From positions 2,356,001-2,420,000 of the forward strand of contig OZ374565.1 of assembly GCA_977862235.1 (NCBI GenBank): a stretch of DNA of 64,000 nucleotides, in the 5' to 3' direction. A program made the position numbers and the translations under genes. The notes under the pieces were generated by a model, which had not been told where the DNA came from, searched no databases, and saw nothing but the letters and a program-made list of their open reading frames with translations. The DNA is from Dudresnaya verticillata (taxonomy: Eukaryota). Each line of letters begins with the position of its first letter. Within the stretch, counting starts at the first letter, position 1. Shown one piece after another: positions 1-11,459 of the stretch.

Positions 1-1912
1 CCTCCGCTTGCTGATTGCGGCCCGAGCGCCGCAGGTCGGCGGTGAGTTCCTTCAACTGTTTGATCAGTGCCTGCAGCACCAAAGCAAACAGTAACGGCCC
101 GAGCGGGTCACCTTGCTGTACACCAGTGACACTCCGCAGTAGAGTGTCACCCATCCACAGGTACGGGCCCTCAGAGTCATAACAGTATCTGACCCACGGT
201 AGTAGTTCAGGCATGTGTCGGCGGACCTCCTTCATGAATGCTTTGCGGCTGACAAGGTTGAAGGCATTCTTCAAGTCCACTTGTAGCAACCCGTAGGACT
301 TGTCATGGCCGTGAGACTTCTGCAGCTTCCGGACCGCGTGTACAATCGCTTCTGTGCCGCCCGAGGTTGCGACCCCGAGCTGAAGCGGTTCGAGGTATGC
401 CTTGGCCTTGGGAGCGACTCTGGTCATGAGCATAGAGCTCACGAGTCGTCGGATTGTCTCTCCTACAGCAATGGGGCGGACACCGCCGGTGCGCTTCTTC
501 AGAGCCGTGAGAGGAGCGCTGGCAATCCAAGGCGACAGCTCCGCAGGTCCTGCGCCGCTGGCCAGCACGTTGACCATTTTGGTGAGCCCGCCAAGCAGGC
601 CCGTGTGCTCGTGAGTGGTCGGGACTGAGAGCAGTTCCTGCAGATGGGTCGGTGATAGTCCTGTGCCCCCCGAGGCCGAAGCCCGGGGGAACTTGGCAAC
701 TGCTTTTCGTACTTCGTCGGCTGTGAAAGGCACGAAGTCAGGGATGGTCGGCAGCGGTTCGGACTGGTCAAGCTCGTGGTCCGCGTCGGTTTGCGGTACG
801 GACTGTGGGTGCTTGTCCGTCATGGACTGTATCACAGAGTCTGTGGCTGGGGCGATTCCATCAGAGTCTAGAGCTGCTGCTGCCTTACTGTAGGCGCCCT
901 CCTTTGCGAGGCGAAGGGCTCGTGAGGCGTTGATACGGCGTTGCTCTTCTGCGGAAGGCGCAGTCTGCTCACGGAATGTCGAGCCCTTCAAGGCCTCCTG
1001 CCATAGGGAGTCGTAATCCTTGAGTCCCCAGCGTCGGATTCGATCGCGGAAGGTGCCGATCGAGGACGCAGAGGTTGACGCGCCGGCCCTTGCACTCGCC
1101 GTGGGAGGATTGGACAAGACGGCTGCTGGAAAAAGCAGGAATGCAGTGAGCTCTTTGGTGGCTTCCTGAGAGTTGTTTGCGTTCGTAAAAGCCCATACCG
1201 TCTTGGACAGTGCGTCGCGCACCTCTGCGCGGACGCGAGACGGTATATGTGTGACCATAGGGATATGCGAGCGACAGATATCTTCGACCGCCGGCAGAAG
1301 CTGCCCTCCTGGACCCCGCGCAGCGTGTCGGGTTTGCGCAGTTGGTACCACTTGAGTAGCTGGTACCGGTGCAGGAGGCGGCTCCTGGCTGTCCGGGATT
1401 CGTCGCGGGGCTGGCAGGATATCGTCCGCCGGCTCGCCGTCCTCGGGTTGCGTCTCCGTGACCGCGTCCAGAGCAGGAGTCTGTGATGGCGCGGCTACAG
1501 TTTCTTCACGGCTCGGTGTCGTCAATTGGTTGGACGGGACGTGGGAGAACGCCGGAGTGCGAGTGGCGGGACATGCGCTGCAATTCTTGTACCGCATACT
1601 GTACATGCCTTCACTGTTCATGCGGGAGCTACAGTGGGTAGGCATGTACTTGTTGTGAGTCACACAGTACCATACTCCATAGTCCAGGAGCTGCTGCTTG
1701 AGAGGCTCGATGTCGGTCCTCGTCGGTGGTCCTCGCCTGCCAGGAACATGCATCTTCCGCAGGTGCATGAGTAGCGCCTCTACAGTAGGCAGTGAGGACG
1801 ACTGGCAGCCCAGAGGACAGCTGGTACTGTTTGTCGGGCGGTGTTTTGCCGAAGGCATAAAGCATGGAGAGAGCCATACCTTCGGCATGTCGGGGTGCTG
1901 CTGACCAATCAT
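1..1912 (-). CDS. Retrotransposon polyprotein, copy 1 (N-terminal part through RT motif QGDPL; runs off the window)
   Basis: ATG at 1912 (cat at 1910-1912) is equivalent to 21063 in copy 2. It is missing from the ORF track because its stop lies outside the window. Confidence 0.88.
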   Translation of the reverse strand, partial: MIGQQHPDMPKVWLSPCFMPSAKHRPTNSTSCPLGCQSSSLPTVEALLMHLRKMHVPGRRGPPTRTDIEPLKQQLLDYGVWYCVTHNKYMPTHCSSRMNSEGMYSMRYKNCSACPATRTPAFSHVPSNQLTTPSREETVAAPSQTPALDAVTETQPEDGEPADDILPAPRRIPDSQEPPPAPVPATQVVPTAQTRHAARGPGGQLLPAVEDICRSHIPMVTHIPSRVRAEVRDALSKTVWAFTNANNSQEATKELTAFLLFPAAVLSNPPTASARAGASTSASSIGTFRDRIRRWGLKDYDSLWQEALKGSTFREQTAPSAEEQRRINASRALRLAKEGAYSKAAAALDSDGIAPATDSVIQSMTDKHPQSVPQTDADHELDQSEPLPTIPDFVPFTADEVRKAVAKFPRASASGGTGLSPTHLQELLSVPTTHEHTGLLGGLTKMVNVLASGAGPAELSPWIASAPLTALKKRTGGVRPIAVGETIRRLVSSMLMTRVAPKAKAYLEPLQLGVATSGGTEAIVHAVRKLQKSHGHDKSYGLLQVDLKNAFNLVSRKAFMKEVRRHMPELLPWVRYCYDSEGPYLWMGDTLLRSVTGVQQGDPLGPLLFALVLQALIKQLKELTADLRRSGRNQQAE

Positions 1913-2652
1913 GGTTACAGCGCTGGGTAAGGTACCTGTAAAGGTCCTCTACAGTAGGTTCCCTCGGGGCACAGACCTCCTAACCGGGACGCAAGCCTGT
2001 CGTCCGTCGTCAGTCTGTTCGGGACACCTCCAGAGGGTGCTACAGGTGGCCTTGCTGCGAGATGAAGGCCTCTTCGCAGCGTAGGGCGCGAGATCGCGCA
2101 ATTTGCGCACGAGCTCGCGCAAAAGGGCGCGCGTGTTAGCGTTCGTGCGCGTAGACTTATCGGACGTTCCCTTCCCTGCCGCAGCTGAGAAGACTCTCTT
2201 CACTGCGGTCCTGTAACGCGCGGTACTTCTCGTTTGCACAAGCTCTCAATGGGGTCGCAGAACCACCGTTTACCTGTGAGTGCCCACAGGATTTTTGGCC
2301 TCCCCCGAAGGTTCGCTGGCAGGACGTTCGCTCGATCTTAGAAGGGGTGGTTTCAAAACAGGATCCACCAGGCTTAAGCCACGTTACCCCAACTTCGACG
2401 TTGCTTGGCACGTTTCTGCGATGAGCTTGTGGGTCACGAGCCGCCTACCACTCAAGGTCGAGGGTCTTTGGCGATTCCCACACTTGTAGGTCTCTCGGCA
2501 CTTCCCGAAGGAAGATTTTACAGGACAAGCCTGGCCTTTACCAATCTGTCAGTTGAAGGGTGTGAAACCCCTCTGTCGACAGTCCACGGCAGCCTAGACA
2601 GAGTCTAGGCTGTGCCGGGTACAAGCAAAACGCGTACAGGGCCAGGGAAAGA

Positions 2653-2698
2653 AAGATAAGTCAGTGGGGCCCGGGCAAATTTCAAGGTGAGGGATCAC
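2653..2698 (+). promoter_or_regulatory. 5S internal-control-region mimic (box A + box C) in element 5' UTR, copy 1
   Basis: AAGATAAGTC (2653-2662) equals 5S nt 51-60 and AGGTGAGGGATCAC (2685-2698) equals 5S nt 83-96. The starts are 32 bp apart in both. Function is inferred. Confidence 0.65.
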
Positions 2699-2732
2699 CT
2701 TAAAAGTAAGCGCAAAATAGGAAACGCGTGAC

Positions 2733-2779
2733 CGTCGGCGACGACGGCGGCGGCGACGGCGGCGACGACGACGGCGTCG
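2733..2779. repeat. (CGN)n GC-rich trinucleotide tract in element 5' UTR (present in all four copies)
   Basis: cgtcggcgacgacggcggcggcgacggcggcgacgacgacggcgtcg. Confidence 0.85.
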
Positions 2780-2955
2780 CGGCGCAGATCGGCGGCGCGG
2801 AAAGAGACAAAAGTAGACCGCGCTCGCCCGCCGTCAAAGGTGAAGGGCTGAAAAACCCCGCACCGACGCGCCGTCGCGCGCTCGAACAGGCGGCACCGCC
2901 GCCGAAAAGATCGGTGCAGAACTTGCTGAGAAATCTCCGAAACAAAAAATTCGTT

Positions 2956-2996
2956 CTGAGGTGAGGGATCACTCTGGAATCGCCAGTGCCGAATGT
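2956..2996 (+). pseudogene. 3' fragment (nt 80-120) of the 5S gene interrupted by element copy 1
   Basis: ctgaggtgagggatcactctggaatcgccagtgccgaatgt followed by the T-run. Confidence 0.92.
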
Positions 2997-4054
2997 TTTT
3001 ATTTTTTTGCACCTCATTCCTTCCTCCCCGCCGCCCTCTGCGTACATTGCTGCCTTGCATACCTCTCCCACAGAATCCCCGACCCACTGCCTCTGTACAG
3101 CGTATTCTTTTCACTCGCACTTTTCCCCTTTTCTTGTAAGTGGGAGGGAGTCTGAGAGTGTTTGCAGGTGTCTAGGGGTTGTTTAGGGTTAGGTCTAGGG
3201 TTAGTTTGGTTACTGTGGTACGCGAGGGGCATGATATTGGGAGGGTAAAGGGTCTAGTGTTGGTGCATGGAATGAATCATGGTGGTGGAAGGAATGGATC
3301 AGTGTGGTGGATGAATTGGATTTAGGGACATAGAATTGGATTAGATTTAGTACCCAGAAGATTGGATCAAGGATCACCACAATCGGATCAAGTCTGGTGG
3401 CTGGGGTGAGGGTGGCTTGGACGTTTGTGCTCATAACTTTGGAACGGCTGGGGCTAGGGAGCTGCTCAGTAGCTGAATCGAAGCGTCTCGTTGCTGCGCA
3501 TTGCGTAGCGCTCTTACCCTCCTAAATCGACTTTTTGGCGCGTTTCTATGGTGCAAAACGTCCCCACGGGCCGTCGGCAGCTTTTGAGCAGATCAAATAG
3601 GGGTTTGGGGCATGTATGGTTATGGGTGGGTTTAGGGGTGTTAGGGATGTGTCATTTTAACGCGTTTAGGAGTGTAGGGAGTGGGAATGAAAGTAGTAAG
3701 GATGAGGAAATGGAAAGGGAAGGATGAGAAAGTATAGTACAATGCAGTAATACAAATCACGGAATGCATCAGGTTGGGATCCAATAAGGGTGGATGGATT
3801 GGATCAACGGAAGTCAAGGCGTTATAGGATTGGATCTAGGGGCTCTGTAAATTAGATTGGGTGCTGGTTTCATTGAACCAAGGGGTCAGAACGTCCATGA
3901 GCTGGTTGACTGTATTTATATTGAATCCTGCGTTTAGAGTAAATGGTATACGGTTATGGGTCATTACTTTAATGCTCCACGTGTACACTACAGTCGGATG
4001 GACATTGGACGCAGGAGTCTTTAGTCGATGACGGGGAGTGCAGTTGATGGCGCA

Positions 4055-4062
4055 TTTAAATA
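4055..4062 (+). promoter_or_regulatory. TATA-like box TTTAAATA at -31..-24 of the 5S gene (in every unit)
   Basis: AT-only octamer in G/C-rich context, at the position where upstream TATA-like elements of 5S genes are known in plants and fungi. Confidence 0.65.
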
Positions 4063-4085
4063 GGGGTACGGCGGGAACAGCAAGC

Positions 4086-4205
4086 ACATTCGGCCATACT
4101 ACGCAGACATGCTCCGTATCCCATCCCGAACTGCGAAGATAAGTCTCGTCAGGCTGGTTTAGTACTGAGGTGAGGGATCACTCTGGAATCGCCAGTGCCG
4201 AATGT
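4086..4205 (+). rRNA. 5S rRNA
   Basis: 120 nt. Terminal helix ACAUUCGGC/GCCGAAUGU, eukaryotic 5S hallmarks GGCCAUAC, CCCAUCCCGAAC, GAAGAUAAG (box A) and UUAGUACUG (loop E), helix IV GUGA-GGGA-UCAC, followed by oligo-T. Confidence 0.97.
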
Positions 4206-4217
4206 TTTTATTTTTTT
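4205..4217 (+). terminator. RNA polymerase III terminator TTTTTATTTTTTT (in every unit)
   Basis: T5-A-T7 immediately after helix I. Confidence 0.9.
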
Positions 4218-5294
4218 GCACCTCATTCCTTCCTCCCCGCCGCCCTCTGCGTACATTGCTGCCTTGCATACCTCTCCCACAGAATCCCCGACCCACTGCC
4301 TCTGTACAGCGTATTCTTTTCACTCGCACTTTTCCCCTTTTCTTGTAAGTGGGAGGGAGTCTGAGAGTGTTTGCAGGTGTCTAGGGGTTGTTTAGGGTTA
4401 GGTCTAGGGTTAGTTTGGTTACTGTGGTACGCGAGGGGCATGATATTGGGAGGGTAAAGGGTCTAGTGTTGGTGCATGGAATGAATCATGGTGGTGGAAG
4501 GAATGGATCAGTGTGGTGGATGAATTGGATTTAGGGACATAGAATTGGATTAGATTTAGTACCCAGAAGATTGGATCAAGGATCACCACAATCGGATCAA
4601 GTCTGGTGGCTGGGGTGAGGGTGGCTTGGACGTTTGTGCTCATAACTTTGGAACGGCTGGGGCTAGGGAGCTGCTCAGTAGCTGAATCGAAGCGTCTCGT
4701 TGCTGCGCATTGCGTAGCGCTCTTACCCTCCTAAATCGACTTTTTGGCGCGTTTCTATGGTGCAAAACGTCCCCACGGGCCGTCGGCAGCTTTTGAGCAG
4801 ATCAAATAGGGGTTTGGGGCATGTATGGTTATGGGTGGGTTTAGGGGTGTTAGGGATGTGTCATTTTAACGCGTTTAGGAGTGTAGGGAGTGGGAATGAA
4901 AGTAGTAAGGATGAGGAAATGGAAAGGGAAGGATGAGAAAGTATAGTACAATGCAGTAATACAAATCACGGAATGCATCAGGTTGGGATCCAATAAGGGT
5001 GGATGGATTGGATCAACGGAAGTCAAGGCGTTATAGGATTGGATCTAGGGGCTCTGTAAATTAGATTGGGTGCTGGTTTCATTGAACCAAGGGGTCAGAA
5101 CGTCCATGAGCTGGTTGACTGTATTTATATTGAATCCTGCGTTTAGAGTAAATGGTATACGGTTATGGGTCATTACTTTAATGCTCCACGTGTACACTAC
5201 AGTCGGATGGACATTGGACGCAGGAGTCTTTAGTCGATGACGGGGAGTGCAGTTGATGGCGCATTTAAATAGGGGTACGGCGGGAACAGCAAGC

Positions 5295-5414
5295 ACATTC
5301 GGCCATACTACGCAGACATGCTCCGTATCCCATCCCGAACTGCGAAGATAAGTCTCGTCAGGCTGGTTTAGTACTGAGGTGAGGGATCACTCTGGAATCG
5401 CCAGTGCCGAATGT
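5295..5414 (+). rRNA. 5S rRNA
   Basis: Copy of 4086-4205. Confidence 0.97.
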
Positions 5415-6503
5415 TTTTATTTTTTTGCACCTCATTCCTTCCTCCCCGCCGCCCTCTGCGTACATTGCTGCCTTGCATACCTCTCCCACAGAATCCCCGA
5501 CCCACTGCCTCTGTACAGCGTATTCTTTTCACTCGCACTTTTCCCCTTTTCTTGTAAGTGGGAGGGAGTCTGAGAGTGTTTGCAGGTGTCTAGGGGTTGT
5601 TTAGGGTTAGGTCTAGGGTTAGTTTGGTTACTGTGGTACGCGAGGGGCATGATATTGGGAGGGTAAAGGGTCTAGTGTTGGTGCATGGAATGAATCATGG
5701 TGGTGGAAGGAATGGATCAGTGTGGTGGATGAATTGGATTTAGGGACATAGAATTGGATTAGATTTAGTACCCAGAAGATTGGATCAAGGATCACCACAA
5801 TCGGATCAAGTCTGGTGGCTGGGGTGAGGGTGGCTTGGACGTTTGTGCTCATAACTTTGGAACGGCTGGGGCTAGGGAGCTGCTCAGTAGCTGAATCGAA
5901 GCGTCTCGTTGCTGCGCATTGCGTAGCGCTCTTACCCTCCTAAATCGACTTTTTGGCGCGTTTCTATGGTGCAAAACGTCCCCACGGGCCGTCGGCAGCT
6001 TTTGAGCAGATCAAATAGGGGTTTGGGGCATGTATGGTTATGGGTGGGTTTAGGGGTGTTAGGGATGTGTCATTTTAACGCGTTTAGGAGTGTAGGGAGT
6101 GGGAATGAAAGTAGTAAGGATGAGGAAATGGAAAGGGAAGGATGAGAAAGTATAGTACAATGCAGTAATACAAATCACGGAATGCATCAGGTTGGGATCC
6201 AATAAGGGTGGATGGATTGGATCAACGGAAGTCAAGGCGTTATAGGATTGGATCTAGGGGCTCTGTAAATTAGATTGGGTGCTGGTTTCATTGAACCAAG
6301 GGGTCAGAACGTCCATGAGCTGGTTGACTGTATTTATATTGAATCCTGCGTTTAGAGTAAATGGTATACGGTTATGGGTCATTACTTTAATGCTCCACGT
6401 GTACACTACAGTCGGATGGACATTGGACGCAGGAGTCTTTAGTCGATGACGGGGAGTGCAGTTGATGGCGCATTTAAATAGGGGTACGGCGGGAACAGCA
6501 AGC

Positions 6504-6623
6504 ACATTCGGCCATACTACGCAGACATGCTCCGTATCCCATCCCGAACTGCGAAGATAAGTCTCGTCAGGCTGGTTTAGTACTGAGGTGAGGGATCACT
6601 CTGGAATCGCCAGTGCCGAATGT
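6504..6623 (+). rRNA. 5S rRNA
   Basis: Copy of 4086-4205. Confidence 0.97.
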
Positions 6624-7712
6624 TTTTATTTTTTTGCACCTCATTCCTTCCTCCCCGCCGCCCTCTGCGTACATTGCTGCCTTGCATACCTCTCCCACAG
6701 AATCCCCGACCCACTGCCTCTGTACAGCGTATTCTTTTCACTCGCACTTTTCCCCTTTTCTTGTAAGTGGGAGGGAGTCTGAGAGTGTTTGCAGGTGTCT
6801 AGGGGTTGTTTAGGGTTAGGTCTAGGGTTAGTTTGGTTACTGTGGTACGCGAGGGGCATGATATTGGGAGGGTAAAGGGTCTAGTGTTGGTGCATGGAAT
6901 GAATCATGGTGGTGGAAGGAATGGATCAGTGTGGTGGATGAATTGGATTTAGGGACATAGAATTGGATTAGATTTAGTACCCAGAAGATTGGATCAAGGA
7001 TCACCACAATCGGATCAAGTCTGGTGGCTGGGGTGAGGGTGGCTTGGACGTTTGTGCTCATAACTTTGGAACGGCTGGGGCTAGGGAGCTGCTCAGTAGC
7101 TGAATCGAAGCGTCTCGTTGCTGCGCATTGCGTAGCGCTCTTACCCTCCTAAATCGACTTTTTGGCGCGTTTCTATGGTGCAAAACGTCCCCACGGGCCG
7201 TCGGCAGCTTTTGAGCAGATCAAATAGGGGTTTGGGGCATGTATGGTTATGGGTGGGTTTAGGGGTGTTAGGGATGTGTCATTTTAACGCGTTTAGGAGT
7301 GTAGGGAGTGGGAATGAAAGTAGTAAGGATGAGGAAATGGAAAGGGAAGGATGAGAAAGTATAGTACAATGCAGTAATACAAATCACGGAATGCATCAGG
7401 TTGGGATCCAATAAGGGTGGATGGATTGGATCAACGGAAGTCAAGGCGTTATAGGATTGGATCTAGGGGCTCTGTAAATTAGATTGGGTGCTGGTTTCAT
7501 TGAACCAAGGGGTCAGAACGTCCATGAGCTGGTTGACTGTATTTATATTGAATCCTGCGTTTAGAGTAAATGGTATACGGTTATGGGTCATTACTTTAAT
7601 GCTCCACGTGTACACTACAGTCGGATGGACATTGGACGCAGGAGTCTTTAGTCGATGACGGGGAGTGCAGTTGATGGCGCATTTAAATAGGGGTACGGCG
7701 GGAACAGCAAGC

Positions 7713-7832
7713 ACATTCGGCCATACTACGCAGACATGCTCCGTATCCCATCCCGAACTGCGAAGATAAGTCTCGTCAGGCTGGTTTAGTACTGAGGTGA
7801 GGGATCACTCTGGAATCGCCAGTGCCGAATGT
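7713..7832 (+). rRNA. 5S rRNA
   Basis: Copy of 4086-4205. Confidence 0.97.
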
Positions 7833-8921
7833 TTTTATTTTTTTGCACCTCATTCCTTCCTCCCCGCCGCCCTCTGCGTACATTGCTGCCTTGCATACCT
7901 CTCCCACAGAATCCCCGACCCACTGCCTCTGTACAGCGTATTCTTTTCACTCGCACTTTTCCCCTTTTCTTGTAAGTGGGAGGGAGTCTGAGAGTGTTTG
8001 CAGGTGTCTAGGGGTTGTTTAGGGTTAGGTCTAGGGTTAGTTTGGTTACTGTGGTACGCGAGGGGCATGATATTGGGAGGGTAAAGGGTCTAGTGTTGGT
8101 GCATGGAATGAATCATGGTGGTGGAAGGAATGGATCAGTGTGGTGGATGAATTGGATTTAGGGACATAGAATTGGATTAGATTTAGTACCCAGAAGATTG
8201 GATCAAGGATCACCACAATCGGATCAAGTCTGGTGGCTGGGGTGAGGGTGGCTTGGACGTTTGTGCTCATAACTTTGGAACGGCTGGGGCTAGGGAGCTG
8301 CTCAGTAGCTGAATCGAAGCGTCTCGTTGCTGCGCATTGCGTAGCGCTCTTACCCTCCTAAATCGACTTTTTGGCGCGTTTCTATGGTGCAAAACGTCCC
8401 CACGGGCCGTCGGCAGCTTTTGAGCAGATCAAATAGGGGTTTGGGGCATGTATGGTTATGGGTGGGTTTAGGGGTGTTAGGGATGTGTCATTTTAACGCG
8501 TTTAGGAGTGTAGGGAGTGGGAATGAAAGTAGTAAGGATGAGGAAATGGAAAGGGAAGGATGAGAAAGTATAGTACAATGCAGTAATACAAATCACGGAA
8601 TGCATCAGGTTGGGATCCAATAAGGGTGGATGGATTGGATCAACGGAAGTCAAGGCGTTATAGGATTGGATCTAGGGGCTCTGTAAATTAGATTGGGTGC
8701 TGGTTTCATTGAACCAAGGGGTCAGAACGTCCATGAGCTGGTTGACTGTATTTATATTGAATCCTGCGTTTAGAGTAAATGGTATACGGTTATGGGTCAT
8801 TACTTTAATGCTCCACGTGTACACTACAGTCGGATGGACATTGGACGCAGGAGTCTTTAGTCGATGACGGGGAGTGCAGTTGATGGCGCATTTAAATAGG
8901 GGTACGGCGGGAACAGCAAGC

Positions 8922-9041
8922 ACATTCGGCCATACTACGCAGACATGCTCCGTATCCCATCCCGAACTGCGAAGATAAGTCTCGTCAGGCTGGTTTAGTA
9001 CTGAGGTGAGGGATCACTCTGGAATCGCCAGTGCCGAATGT
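8922..9041 (+). rRNA. 5S rRNA
   Basis: Copy of 4086-4205. Confidence 0.97.
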
Positions 9042-10130
9042 TTTTATTTTTTTGCACCTCATTCCTTCCTCCCCGCCGCCCTCTGCGTACATTGCTGCCT
9101 TGCATACCTCTCCCACAGAATCCCCGACCCACTGCCTCTGTACAGCGTATTCTTTTCACTCGCACTTTTCCCCTTTTCTTGTAAGTGGGAGGGAGTCTGA
9201 GAGTGTTTGCAGGTGTCTAGGGGTTGTTTAGGGTTAGGTCTAGGGTTAGTTTGGTTACTGTGGTACGCGAGGGGCATGATATTGGGAGGGTAAAGGGTCT
9301 AGTGTTGGTGCATGGAATGAATCATGGTGGTGGAAGGAATGGATCAGTGTGGTGGATGAATTGGATTTAGGGACATAGAATTGGATTAGATTTAGTACCC
9401 AGAAGATTGGATCAAGGATCACCACAATCGGATCAAGTCTGGTGGCTGGGGTGAGGGTGGCTTGGACGTTTGTGCTCATAACTTTGGAACGGCTGGGGCT
9501 AGGGAGCTGCTCAGTAGCTGAATCGAAGCGTCTCGTTGCTGCGCATTGCGTAGCGCTCTTACCCTCCTAAATCGACTTTTTGGCGCGTTTCTATGGTGCA
9601 AAACGTCCCCACGGGCCGTCGGCAGCTTTTGAGCAGATCAAATAGGGGTTTGGGGCATGTATGGTTATGGGTGGGTTTAGGGGTGTTAGGGATGTGTCAT
9701 TTTAACGCGTTTAGGAGTGTAGGGAGTGGGAATGAAAGTAGTAAGGATGAGGAAATGGAAAGGGAAGGATGAGAAAGTATAGTACAATGCAGTAATACAA
9801 ATCACGGAATGCATCAGGTTGGGATCCAATAAGGGTGGATGGATTGGATCAACGGAAGTCAAGGCGTTATAGGATTGGATCTAGGGGCTCTGTAAATTAG
9901 ATTGGGTGCTGGTTTCATTGAACCAAGGGGTCAGAACGTCCATGAGCTGGTTGACTGTATTTATATTGAATCCTGCGTTTAGAGTAAATGGTATACGGTT
10001 ATGGGTCATTACTTTAATGCTCCACGTGTACACTACAGTCGGATGGACATTGGACGCAGGAGTCTTTAGTCGATGACGGGGAGTGCAGTTGATGGCGCAT
10101 TTAAATAGGGGTACGGCGGGAACAGCAAGC

Positions 10131-10250
10131 ACATTCGGCCATACTACGCAGACATGCTCCGTATCCCATCCCGAACTGCGAAGATAAGTCTCGTCAGGCT
10201 GGTTTAGTACTGAGGTGAGGGATCACTCTGGAATCGCCAGTGCCGAATGT
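10131..10250 (+). rRNA. 5S rRNA
   Basis: Copy of 4086-4205. Confidence 0.97.
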
Positions 10251-11339
10251 TTTTATTTTTTTGCACCTCATTCCTTCCTCCCCGCCGCCCTCTGCGTACA
10301 TTGCTGCCTTGCATACCTCTCCCACAGAATCCCCGACCCACTGCCTCTGTACAGCGTATTCTTTTCACTCGCACTTTTCCCCTTTTCTTGTAAGTGGGAG
10401 GGAGTCTGAGAGTGTTTGCAGGTGTCTAGGGGTTGTTTAGGGTTAGGTCTAGGGTTAGTTTGGTTACTGTGGTACGCGAGGGGCATGATATTGGGAGGGT
10501 AAAGGGTCTAGTGTTGGTGCATGGAATGAATCATGGTGGTGGAAGGAATGGATCAGTGTGGTGGATGAATTGGATTTAGGGACATAGAATTGGATTAGAT
10601 TTAGTACCCAGAAGATTGGATCAAGGATCACCACAATCGGATCAAGTCTGGTGGCTGGGGTGAGGGTGGCTTGGACGTTTGTGCTCATAACTTTGGAACG
10701 GCTGGGGCTAGGGAGCTGCTCAGTAGCTGAATCGAAGCGTCTCGTTGCTGCGCATTGCGTAGCGCTCTTACCCTCCTAAATCGACTTTTTGGCGCGTTTC
10801 TATGGTGCAAAACGTCCCCACGGGCCGTCGGCAGCTTTTGAGCAGATCAAATAGGGGTTTGGGGCATGTATGGTTATGGGTGGGTTTAGGGGTGTTAGGG
10901 ATGTGTCATTTTAACGCGTTTAGGAGTGTAGGGAGTGGGAATGAAAGTAGTAAGGATGAGGAAATGGAAAGGGAAGGATGAGAAAGTATAGTACAATGCA
11001 GTAATACAAATCACGGAATGCATCAGGTTGGGATCCAATAAGGGTGGATGGATTGGATCAACGGAAGTCAAGGCGTTATAGGATTGGATCTAGGGGCTCT
11101 GTAAATTAGATTGGGTGCTGGTTTCATTGAACCAAGGGGTCAGAACGTCCATGAGCTGGTTGACTGTATTTATATTGAATCCTGCGTTTAGAGTAAATGG
11201 TATACGGTTATGGGTCATTACTTTAATGCTCCACGTGTACACTACAGTCGGATGGACATTGGACGCAGGAGTCTTTAGTCGATGACGGGGAGTGCAGTTG
11301 ATGGCGCATTTAAATAGGGGTACGGCGGGAACAGCAAGC

Positions 11340-11459
11340 ACATTCGGCCATACTACGCAGACATGCTCCGTATCCCATCCCGAACTGCGAAGATAAGTCT
11401 CGTCAGGCTGGTTTAGTACTGAGGTGAGGGATCACTCTGGAATCGCCAGTGCCGAATGT
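11340..11459 (+). rRNA. 5S rRNA
   Basis: Copy of 4086-4205. Confidence 0.97.

Larger units (their letters stand above)
1..2953 (-). mobile_element. Non-LTR RLE (CRE-like) retrotransposon copy 1; 3' part lies beyond the left window edge
   Basis: Colinear with copy 2 at offset 19151. The 5' end joins 'tt' plus 5S nt 80 onward (ctgaggtgagggatc) at 2956. Confidence 0.93.

Noticed and set aside
3450..3530. tRNA-like start (ggggctagggagctgctcagtagc) and a B-box-like gcttcgattc on the - strand
   Set aside because: No cloverleaf could be built, and the A-like and B-like motifs lie on opposite strands.
2997..4085. Spliced-leader RNA or U1/U2/U5/U6 snRNA gene in the spacer as the true target
   Set aside because: No diagnostic snRNA motifs were found by eye, and all insertions are in the 5S coding region.
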